Positions 25,187 through 32,938 of a stretch of DNA of 64,000 bases are shown piece after piece. Location of the stretch: contig CAZVLS010000016.1 in the NCBI GenBank assembly GCA_964628295.1, positions 10,933 to 74,932 on the forward strand. The letters are read 5' to 3'. The translations under genes were made by a program, and so were the position numbers. Origin of the DNA: an uncultured Acidobacterium sp. (lineage in GTDB: Bacteria; Acidobacteriota; Vicinamibacteria; Vicinamibacterales; UBA2999). Below the pieces are notes generated by a model. That model was given only the letters and a program-made list of their open reading frames with translations, had not been told where the DNA came from and did not search any database. Within the stretch, counting starts at the first letter, position 1. Every line of letters starts with the position of its first letter.

Positions 25187-25216
25187 AGGGATTTACGACC
25201 GCAGGGGACCTAGCGA

Positions 25217-25555
25217 ATGGAAATCGTCGAACGCACCGTAAGCGATGTGACCGTGCTCGACCTCAAGGGCAAGATGACCCTGGGCGAGGGCGACGAGTTG
25301 TTGAAGGACAAGATCAACAGCTTGCTGGCAGCCGGCAAGAAGAAGCTGTTGCTGAACCTCGAAGCTGTTCCTTACATCGACAGCGCGGGCCTCGGCGAAG
25401 TGGTTCGGACGTACACGACGGTCAGCCGCCAGGGCGGCAGCCTGAAGCTCCTGAACCTGACGAAGCGAATCGAAGATCTCCTGTCGATCACCAAGCTCCT
25501 GACGGTGTTCGATACGTTCGATTCCGAGGCGGAAGCGATCAAGAGCTACAAGTAA
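25217..25555 (+). CDS. STAS-domain protein (anti-sigma-factor antagonist, SpoIIAA-like)
   Basis: 112 aa. VLDLKGKMTLGEGDELL...LNLEAVPYIDSAGLGEVV is the canonical STAS pattern, including the phosphorylatable DSAG serine. Confidence 0.85.
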   Translation: MEIVERTVSDVTVLDLKGKMTLGEGDELLKDKINSLLAAGKKKLLLNLEAVPYIDSAGLGEVVRTYTTVSRQGGSLKLLNLTKRIEDLLSITKLLTVFDTFDSEAEAIKSYK

Positions 25556-25566
25556 GGCACTAGTCA

Positions 25567-26463
25567 GTGGCGACTCGGTCAACGGCGGCGAGCCTGTTCG
25601 TATCGCTGCGACCGGATCAGTGGACCAAGAACCTCATTGTCTTTGCCGCGCTGATTTTCGCCGTCAAATTGCTCGATCCGGCCGCCCTGGCGAATGCCTC
25701 GGCGGCCTTTTTGATTTTTTGCGCGTTGTCAGGCGCCGTGTACCTGATCAACGACGTGTCGGATCGCGAGCAGGATCGCCTGCATCCGATCAAGAAGATG
25801 CGGCCGATCGCGGCCGGCGACATCTCCCCAGGCACGGCGCTGACGTTCGCGATGGTGTTGAGCGTGGCCGCATTGGCCGCGTCGTTCGCGCTGCGGCCGG
25901 CCTTCGGGGTGGCGGCGGCGGCGTACCTGGCGTTGTTCGTCGTCTACACCCGGTCGCTGAAACACCTCGTCATCCTCGACGTGATGACGATCGCCATCGG
26001 CTTCGTGCTGCGGGCGGTGGCGGGAGGACTGGTAATCGACGTGCACATCAGCAATTGGCTGCTGGTCTGCACGATGCTCGGCGCGTTGTTCCTCGGCCTG
26101 GCCAAGCGGCGTCACGAAATGACGCTGCTCGCTGAAGGGGCCAAGGGGCACCGCCGCATTTTGGAGGAGTACGATCCGTACTTGCTCGATCAGATGATTG
26201 GTGTGGTGGCCGCGTCAACGATGGTCGCCTACATCATTTACTGCGCGAGCCCCGAAACGCGCGCGTATTTCGGCACCGAGTGGATGGTGCTGACGACGCC
26301 GTTTCCGATCTACGGGCTGTTCCGGTACCTGTATCTCGTCCATCGCAAGTCGGGCGGGGGCAGTCCATCGGACATGCTGATCGGCGACCGGCCGTTGCTG
26401 GCGTGCGTGCTGTTGTGGGGCGTCACCGCAATCGCGATCATCTATCGGCCGTTCGGATCGTAA
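25567..26463 (+). CDS. UbiA-superfamily prenyl-phosphate phosphoribosyltransferase (decaprenyl-phosphate phosphoribosyltransferase-like)
   Basis: 298 aa, polytopic. RPDQWTKNLIVFAALIFA and NDVSDREQDRLHPIKKMRPIAAG resemble DPPR synthase (Rv3806c-type) proteins. Confidence 0.75.
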   Translation: MATRSTAASLFVSLRPDQWTKNLIVFAALIFAVKLLDPAALANASAAFLIFCALSGAVYLINDVSDREQDRLHPIKKMRPIAAGDISPGTALTFAMVLSVAALAASFALRPAFGVAAAAYLALFVVYTRSLKHLVILDVMTIAIGFVLRAVAGGLVIDVHISNWLLVCTMLGALFLGLAKRRHEMTLLAEGAKGHRRILEEYDPYLLDQMIGVVAASTMVAYIIYCASPETRAYFGTEWMVLTTPFPIYGLFRYLYLVHRKSGGGSPSDMLIGDRPLLACVLLWGVTAIAIIYRPFGS

Positions 26464-26470
26464 GAAGTAT

Positions 26471-27769
26471 TTGGCACGATCCAAGGTAGCAATCGTCAAG
26501 ACGTCGCCGGCGACGGTCCGCAAGGACACGCACGCGGTGATGAACCTGGCCGGGTATCAGGACGTCCTCGCGAAGGATGCCGACACCGCGCTCAAGGTCA
26601 ACATCTCCTGGCATTTCTTCTTCCCGGGCTCGTCCACCACGCCCTGGCAGCTCGACGGCGTCATCGCCGCGATGAAGACGGATGGCTACGATCCGGATCT
26701 CATTCACGCCTGCCACAACCGCACCGTCGTCATCGACGCGCATCTCGGCGAAGCCGAGAACAAGCAGTTGCCGGTGGTCCAGGCGCACGGCCTGCGCAAC
26801 ATCCATCTCTATGAAGGCGACGAGCCGTGGATCAACGTCCGCGACGCCGTCGGCTCGGAGCTGGCCGACAAGTTCCTCTGCCTGAACGACGTCTATCCGG
26901 ACGGGTTCATGATCCCCAAGCGCTTCATCGGCGAGAACATCCTGCACCTGCCGACGGTGAAGACGCACGTGTTCACCACCACCACCGGCGCGATGAAGAA
27001 TGCGTTCGGTGGTCTGTTGAACGAGAAGCGCCACTGGACGCATCCGGTGATCCACGAGACGCTCGTCGATCTGCTGATGATCCAGAAGAAGATCCATCGC
27101 GGCGTGTTCGCGGTGATGGACGGCACGTTTGCCGGCGACGGCCCGGGGCCGCGCTGCATGGTGCCGCACGTGAAGAACGTGATGCTCGCCAGCTCCGACC
27201 AGGTCGCCATCGACGCGGTCGCGGCCAAGCTGATGGGCATGGACCCGATGTCGATCAAGTTCATCCGCATGGCCCACGACCTGGGCCTCGGGTGCGGCGA
27301 TCCGCGCGACATCGAGATCGTCGGCGATGTCGAGGCGGCGAAGGAGAACTGGCAGTTCACCGGCCCGTTCAAGAAGATGACCTTCGCCTCGAAGATGCAG
27401 CACTACATCTACTGGGGCCCGCTGAAGAAGCCGATCGAATGGTCACTGAAGACCGTGCTCGCCCCCTGGGCGTACATGGCCAGCGTCGTGTACCACGACA
27501 GCATCTGGTATCCGATGAACGCGGAGCGCAACATCAAGCGCGTGCTCGACAGCCCCTGGGGCCGGCTGTTCGAGAACTGGGAACGGCTCACCCCTGATGA
27601 AAACGGATTCCCGGACGTCGGCGAAGCGTCGGCGACCGTCACGCGTGCCGGCATGCACGCCTTCAAACAATCACTGGGCATTCTCGGCACGTGCATCAAG
27701 GAAGCACCCGAGTTCGGCCTCAGAAAGCGCCGAGTCGCCAGGGCCGCAGATGGCGCAGATCACATTTGA
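26471..27769 (+). CDS. DUF362 domain-containing protein
   Basis: 432 aa. VAIVKT...LKVNISW...LPTVKTHVFTTTTGAMKNAFGGLL matches my memory of DUF362. TTG start. The 3' end runs into repeat copy 27737. Confidence 0.7.
   Translation: MARSKVAIVKTSPATVRKDTHAVMNLAGYQDVLAKDADTALKVNISWHFFFPGSSTTPWQLDGVIAAMKTDGYDPDLIHACHNRTVVIDAHLGEAENKQLPVVQAHGLRNIHLYEGDEPWINVRDAVGSELADKFLCLNDVYPDGFMIPKRFIGENILHLPTVKTHVFTTTTGAMKNAFGGLLNEKRHWTHPVIHETLVDLLMIQKKIHRGVFAVMDGTFAGDGPGPRCMVPHVKNVMLASSDQVAIDAVAAKLMGMDPMSIKFIRMAHDLGLGCGDPRDIEIVGDVEAAKENWQFTGPFKKMTFASKMQHYIYWGPLKKPIEWSLKTVLAPWAYMASVVYHDSIWYPMNAERNIKRVLDSPWGRLFENWERLTPDENGFPDVGEASATVTRAGMHAFKQSLGILGTCIKEAPEFGLRKRRVARAADGADHI
27737..27760. repeat. Copy 4 of the dispersed GCCAGGGCCRCAGA... 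element
   Basis: gccagggccgcagatggcgcagat. It supplies the last codons (ARAADGADHI*) of the DUF362 gene and ends 25 nt upstream of the next start codon. Confidence 0.8.
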
Positions 27770-27784
27770 TCAAAAGGACATGAG

Positions 27785-28921
27785 ATGAGCGAGTTCACTA
27801 TCCGCTCGGAGTCGGTCGACGTCGAGCAGATCATGAAGCAGATCCGGCAGCGCATCCTCGAGAAGCGCGGGCAGGACTACACGGAAGATCAGATCCGCGA
27901 ACTGGCGTCGGTCCGTCTCGAGAAGTTCCTCGACCCGAAGAACCTGCGTTCCGATCTCCTCGATCAGTTCCGCAAGAGCCGTCCGGCCGTGGAGCCGGCT
28001 GACATCCAGCCGCCGAAGATCCAGCCGCCCTACGTGTTCGACGATCAGACGCTGTTTGCGTCGCACCGCGGGTTCATGCGCTTCATGCGCAAGCTGCTCA
28101 ACCCGCTGCTCAAGCTGATGTTCAACCCCAACACGCTGAACCAGGTCCTGCATACGCAGGCGCAGTTCAACGTCGACATGCTGAAGCGAGAGGCGCGCCG
28201 GTCGGTCGAACAACGCCAGCTCGAACGCTCGCGCGGGGAATGGAACGCGCTCTACTACGAGGTGCTGCACAACATCGTGCTCGAGACCACGCGCATGGGC
28301 ATCGAGGTGCAGAACCAGCGCATGAAGATCGAGTCGCTGTCGAGCCGCCTCGATTTCAGCGAGCGCCGCGTGCGCGCGCTCGAGGGCGTCGTGCAGTACC
28401 GCCCCGAAGCGGTGCGCGGGAGCGACCGTGACGAAGACCGGCATCACGGCGCGCAGGGTCCCCAAGGTGCACAGGGTGCACAGGGTGCGCAAAGTGCACA
28501 GGGTGCTGCCGGTTTCGAAGGGTTCGTGCCGAGCAGCGGGCAACCTGGCCAGGGTCAAGGTGATGGCTCAGGCCGGCGCCGGCGTCGGCGTCGCCGCGGG
28601 CGGCGCGGAGGGCAGAACCAGGGTGCCGAAGGTGCCACCGGCGCCTTTGGTGCCTCAGGTGCTCCGGGCGCGCAGAGTGCGCCGGGCGCACATGGCGTTT
28701 CCGAAGACGGATTCGAAGACGCGGATGGCGACGAGAGCGGCGAGGAGTTCGATCCGAACGATCCGGGCGCCGAAGCGCAGGAAGCTCTCGAGGGGCGGGC
28801 GGCGCAAGAGTTCGCCGAACCCGCGCCACACGCACCACAGTCACACCCGGCACCAGAGGCACCGCAGTCACCCGACGTGGCTGAGGCACCCAAGGCACCC
28901 GGCTCCGACGACGCCCAGTGA
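27785..28921 (+). CDS. Hypothetical protein: conserved-looking helical/coiled-coil N-terminal ~200 aa plus a disordered Gly/Ala/Gln, poly-Arg and acidic C-terminal half
   Basis: 378 aa. N-terminus MSEFTIRSESVDVEQIMKQIRQRILEKRG. C-terminal half contains AQGPQGAQGAQGAQSAQGAAG, RRRRRRRRGRRGG and GAEGATGAFGASGAPGAQSAPGAHG. 4-nt overlap with the next gene. Confidence 0.6.
   Translation: MSEFTIRSESVDVEQIMKQIRQRILEKRGQDYTEDQIRELASVRLEKFLDPKNLRSDLLDQFRKSRPAVEPADIQPPKIQPPYVFDDQTLFASHRGFMRFMRKLLNPLLKLMFNPNTLNQVLHTQAQFNVDMLKREARRSVEQRQLERSRGEWNALYYEVLHNIVLETTRMGIEVQNQRMKIESLSSRLDFSERRVRALEGVVQYRPEAVRGSDRDEDRHHGAQGPQGAQGAQGAQSAQGAAGFEGFVPSSGQPGQGQGDGSGRRRRRRRRGRRGGQNQGAEGATGAFGASGAPGAQSAPGAHGVSEDGFEDADGDESGEEFDPNDPGAEAQEALEGRAAQEFAEPAPHAPQSHPAPEAPQSPDVAEAPKAPGSDDAQ
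28451..28513. repeat. Seven tandem nonamers (gcgcagggt ccccaaggt gcacagggt gcacagggt gcgcaaagt gcacagggt gctgccggt), in-frame
   Basis: Read directly. Encodes (A/P)Q(G/S) triplets. Confidence 0.8.
28622..28696. repeat. Eight tandem nonamers of type GGYGCNNNN (ggtgccgaa ggtgccacc ggcgccttt ggtgcctca ggtgctccg ggcgcgcag agtgcgccg ggcgcacat), in-frame
   Basis: Read directly. Encodes the G-A-x triplet run GAEGATGAFGASGAPGAQSAPGAHG. Confidence 0.75.
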
Positions 28922-30603
28922 AAGTCGCCGTCGTCGTACAACGGTATGGCGCCGACATCAACGGCGGCGCCGAGCAGCACGCGCGTTATGTCGCCGAGCA
29001 CCTGGTCAAGCACGTCCAGGTCGAGGTGCTGACGACGTGCGCGCATCGCGACTACATTTCGTGGAAGAACGAGCTGCCGGCAGGCAAGGAAATGGTGAAC
29101 GGCATCGCCGTGCATCGCTTCCCTGTCGCCGTCGAGCGCAATCCCGTCGAGTTCGCGAAGTGGTCGACGAAGGTCTTCAGCGAGCAGCACTCGCTCCGCG
29201 ATGAGCTGGCGTGGCTCGACTCCGAAGGGCCCAGAAGCCCGGCGCTGATCGACCACATCACCAAGCACGAAGCCGACTACGACTTCTTCATCTTCTTCAG
29301 CTTCCGCTATCACCACTCGTTCCACGGCTGTCGCGCGGTTGCCTCGAAGGCGATCCTCGTGCCGACGGCCGAGCGTGACGGCGCGCTCGGGCTCGGCATC
29401 TATCCGCCGGTGTTCAGAGGCGTGCGCGCGTTCATGTACAACTCGTTCGAAGAGCGGGCGTTGATCCAGACGGTCTCCAACAACCAGTCGGTGCCCAGCG
29501 TGGTCGTTGGCATCGGCTCGGAGATTCCGGAGCGCTCGAACGCCGGGCGGTTCCGGCAGAAGTTCGAGATGCGCGACCGCTTGGCGATCTACGTCGGGCG
29601 CATCGACGAGAACAAGGGCTGCGTCGAGCTGTTCGAATTCTTTGAACACTACAGCGCGTCGCTCGTAGACGGCATGCACCTCGTGCTGATCGGCACACCG
29701 CATGTGCCGATCCCCAAGCATCCAAAGATTCACCACCTGGGCTTCCTCGAGGACCAGGACAAGTACGACGCGATGGCCGCGGCCGAATTGCTGATCATGC
29801 CGTCGTACCTCGAGAGCCTGTCGATGGTGGCACTCGAGGCGTGGGCCATGGGCAAGCCGGTCCTCGCCAATGCCAAGTGCGATGTGCTGCAGGGGCAGTG
29901 CATTCGCAGCAATGCCGGACTGTTCTACGAGAACTATCCGGAGTTTGCGGCAACGATGCGCGCGATCGACACCACGCCAAGCTTGCAGGCGGCCCTCGGC
30001 CGCAATGGGCGCACCTTTTTCGAGCGCCACTACGCCTGGCCGGTGATCGAGAAGAAGTATGTCGACATGCTCAACCGGCTGTCGCAGGAGCCGGCGCCGA
30101 AGATCATGGAGCCGATGCCTGGCTGGTTCAGCCGCCGGCGCAAGTCGCTGCCACCGGCGGATGACGTCGTGAAGCAACTGCCGGCCGGACCGTATCGAGA
30201 GCAGGCCAGCAGGCCAACGGGCCAGCAGGCCAACCGGCACGCTGGGCAGTCGTCCGCCGGAACGCCACACGCGGCTGCGAGCGGACCCCCCCGCGACTCG
30301 TCGGCACGCCACAGCCAGCAGCGGCCGGCACGGCCTGACCACCGGCATCAGTCACAAGGCAGGCCTCAGCGCGCCGATCAGCGAAATGACAAGCGGCACG
30401 ATCAGCGTCGTGACCAGAAGCGCGATGATCGTCAGCCTGCAGAGGCGAGCCAGAATCGTCCGCCCAGCGACGCCCCTGCCCAGGCCAAACCCCGGCCTGA
30501 GGGACAGGGCTCACGGGATCAACGGCCGCGCGATCAGCGACGCGGGCGTCCGCATCGCCGCGGACGGCGGCCGGGTGGCGGCGGGGGCGGCGGCGCGCGC
30601 TGA
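28918..30603 (+). CDS. GT4-family glycosyltransferase (type A paralog) with a ~165-aa basic, disordered C-terminal tail
   Basis: 561 aa. E-x7-E motif ESLSMVALE. N-terminus MKVAVVVQRYGADINGGAEQH is paralogous to the ORF at 32939. The tail ends RRGRPHRRGRRPGGGGGGGAR. Confidence 0.8.
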   Translation: MKVAVVVQRYGADINGGAEQHARYVAEHLVKHVQVEVLTTCAHRDYISWKNELPAGKEMVNGIAVHRFPVAVERNPVEFAKWSTKVFSEQHSLRDELAWLDSEGPRSPALIDHITKHEADYDFFIFFSFRYHHSFHGCRAVASKAILVPTAERDGALGLGIYPPVFRGVRAFMYNSFEERALIQTVSNNQSVPSVVVGIGSEIPERSNAGRFRQKFEMRDRLAIYVGRIDENKGCVELFEFFEHYSASLVDGMHLVLIGTPHVPIPKHPKIHHLGFLEDQDKYDAMAAAELLIMPSYLESLSMVALEAWAMGKPVLANAKCDVLQGQCIRSNAGLFYENYPEFAATMRAIDTTPSLQAALGRNGRTFFERHYAWPVIEKKYVDMLNRLSQEPAPKIMEPMPGWFSRRRKSLPPADDVVKQLPAGPYREQASRPTGQQANRHAGQSSAGTPHAAASGPPRDSSARHSQQRPARPDHRHQSQGRPQRADQRNDKRHDQRRDQKRDDRQPAEASQNRPPSDAPAQAKPRPEGQGSRDQRPRDQRRGRPHRRGRRPGGGGGGGAR

Positions 30604-30605
30604 CC

Positions 30606-31853
30606 ATGCCTGTCGCGATTCACCAGGTACTCGCGACCCTCGGGTATGGCGACGCCATCGGTCACGAGGTGCTGGGCATCCAGCGCGTGTTGCGCGGTGC
30701 CGGCTATGACTCGGAGATCTTCGTCCAGACGGCGGATCCGCGTCTCGAGCACCTGACGCTCGACTATCGCGACCTGACGGACGCGAGCCATCCCGACAAC
30801 ATCCTGATCCATCACTTTTCGATCGGCTCGCGCGCGTCGAGAATGGCGTACGCGCTGCCCGACCGAATGGCGCTGATCTACCACAACATCACGCCGCCGG
30901 AATTCTTCGTCGACGTGAACAAGGAATTGGTGCGTCTCTGCTTCAGGGGACGCCGTGAGCTTGAACTCTACAAGTCACGCTGTGACCTCGCGCTCGGCGA
31001 CTCGGAATACAACCGGCAGGAGCTCGAGGCGCTTGGCTTCGCGCCAACCGGTGTGCTCGACGTGGTCCCAGGCTTCGATCATCTCAAGGGACCGGCCGAC
31101 TTCACGTTCGCCGGCGCGTTCGATGACGACTGGGTCAACCTCATCTTCGTCGGCCGCGTGATCCCGAACAAGCGGATCGAGGACGTGATCCGCTTCTTCC
31201 ACGCCTACAAGACGTTTTTCAATCCTCGCTCTCGCCTGCTGCTGGTCGGTGCGCACTCGGGATTCGAGCGCTACCTCACGATGCTGCACAACTTCATCGC
31301 TGAGATTGGCGCCCGCGACGTGCACCTGATCGGTCACGTCACTAACGAAGAACTCACTGCTTACTACGAGCTGGCCGATGCGTTCGTCTGTGCCAGCGAG
31401 CACGAGGGTTTCTGCGTGCCGCTGGTCGAAGCCTTCCATATGGGCGTGCCGGTGCTCGCGTTTGCGGCAACCGCGGTGCCATCAACCATGGATGGCGCCG
31501 GCGTGCTCTACACCAGCAAGGATCCAATGCACGTGGCCGGATTGATCAACGCGATCGTTGATGATCCGGAGGTGTCCCGGAAGATCGTCGAGGGTCAATA
31601 CCAGGCGCTCGAGCGGCTGGACGCGAAGGATTTTGCCGGCACGCTGCTGCATCACATGGATCGACTGCAGGCATCGCCGCGCCGCGAGCATCCACCGGTC
31701 GCGTTTGATTTCTGGGACCAGGTCGAGCGCGCCGAAGACTACGACGAGATCAAGTCGTACCGCCCCGCCGCATTCCAGGCCCTGCCTCCCGAACCGCCGG
31801 GAACCGGGAACCGGGAGCCGGGAACCGGGAACCGGGAACCGGGAACCGCATGA
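30606..31853 (+). CDS. GT4-family glycosyltransferase (type B paralog)
   Basis: 415 aa. E-x7-E motif EGFCVPLVE. Paralogous to the ORF at 31850. The C-terminus PGTGNREPGTGNREPGTA is encoded by the heptamer array. Confidence 0.8.
   Translation: MPVAIHQVLATLGYGDAIGHEVLGIQRVLRGAGYDSEIFVQTADPRLEHLTLDYRDLTDASHPDNILIHHFSIGSRASRMAYALPDRMALIYHNITPPEFFVDVNKELVRLCFRGRRELELYKSRCDLALGDSEYNRQELEALGFAPTGVLDVVPGFDHLKGPADFTFAGAFDDDWVNLIFVGRVIPNKRIEDVIRFFHAYKTFFNPRSRLLLVGAHSGFERYLTMLHNFIAEIGARDVHLIGHVTNEELTAYYELADAFVCASEHEGFCVPLVEAFHMGVPVLAFAATAVPSTMDGAGVLYTSKDPMHVAGLINAIVDDPEVSRKIVEGQYQALERLDAKDFAGTLLHHMDRLQASPRREHPPVAFDFWDQVERAEDYDEIKSYRPAAFQALPPEPPGTGNREPGTGNREPGTA
31797..31845. repeat. Near-perfect tandem heptamer array: 7 x CCGGGAA (third unit CCGGGAG) ending 4 nt before the ATGA stop/start overlap of two GT genes
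   Basis: Counted directly: units at 31797, 31804, 31811, 31818, 31825, 31832 and 31839. Confidence 0.9.
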
Positions 31854-32911
31854 TCGTGAATCAGTGGGTTCCGGCTGCGCACAAGGGAGACGCCATCGGA
31901 GACTCGGCGAGGCGCGTGCGGGGCTTGCTGCGCGAGATGGGACACCAGTCCGATCTCTACGCGATGACGATGGATGACGACCTGCGGGGCGACGTGATTC
32001 CGTGGACGGATTCAAGCGCCAGCCGTGGCGATCTCACGATCTTTCACTTCGCGCTCGTGTCGCCGATGACCTCGGAATTCGCCAGGCTGAAGACCGGCCG
32101 CGTGTTGCAGTATCACAACGTCACGCCGGCGCATTTCTTCGCCGGTTATGACGCTGCGGTCTACCGGCTGGCCATGCTCGGCCGCGAAGACTTGAAGAGG
32201 CTCGTTGGCAACACCGACATGGCGCTGGGCGATTCCGAATACAACCGCCAGGAACTGGAAGACCTCGGCTTCAGCAACACCGGTGTCTTTCCGATCGCGG
32301 TCGACACCGAACGCATCACGGCGGCGCCCCGGCGGCCGGCGCTCGAGAAGATTCTCGCGGAAGAAGGCTGGCTGAACTTCCTGTTTGTCGGGCGCATTGC
32401 CCCGAACAAGAAGATCGAAGATCACATCAAGCTGGCCGAGCACTACAAGCGCTACGTCGACGAGCAGTATCGCTTCATCTTCGTGGGCAAGACGGATGCG
32501 ATGCCGATGTATTACGCGTCGATCCGCGCCATGCTCGAACGCTACCGGATGCCGCAGGGACGCTTCATCTTCACGGGCCCGGTTCCGGACGTCGAGCTGG
32601 CGACCTATTACCGGACGGCCAGCGTCTATATTTCGCTCTCCGAGCATGAGGGCTTCTGCGTGCCCCTGCTGGAAGCCATGGCTGCCGACGTCCCGGTGCT
32701 CGCGTACGGAACGACGGCAGTGCCGGACACGCTTGGCGGCGCGGGCGTGCAGTTTGCGCCGAAGGACCTGGAGTATGCGGCGGAGCTCCTTGGCGAGCTC
32801 GCCTACAACGACACCCTGCGGCAGCAGGTCATTGCCGGGCAGCGCGCCCGGCTCGCCGATTTCGGCGACGACCGCATCCGCAGGGAACTTGACAAGCTGA
32901 CATCCTTATGA
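31850..32911 (+). CDS. GT4-family glycosyltransferase (type B' paralog)
   Basis: 353 aa. E-x7-E motif EGFCVPLLE. The ATG overlaps the upstream TGA (ATGA). Confidence 0.8.
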   Translation: MIVNQWVPAAHKGDAIGDSARRVRGLLREMGHQSDLYAMTMDDDLRGDVIPWTDSSASRGDLTIFHFALVSPMTSEFARLKTGRVLQYHNVTPAHFFAGYDAAVYRLAMLGREDLKRLVGNTDMALGDSEYNRQELEDLGFSNTGVFPIAVDTERITAAPRRPALEKILAEEGWLNFLFVGRIAPNKKIEDHIKLAEHYKRYVDEQYRFIFVGKTDAMPMYYASIRAMLERYRMPQGRFIFTGPVPDVELATYYRTASVYISLSEHEGFCVPLLEAMAADVPVLAYGTTAVPDTLGGAGVQFAPKDLEYAAELLGELAYNDTLRQQVIAGQRARLADFGDDRIRRELDKLTSL

Positions 32912-32938
32912 GGCTGACATCGCAATGAGGCTAACCCT

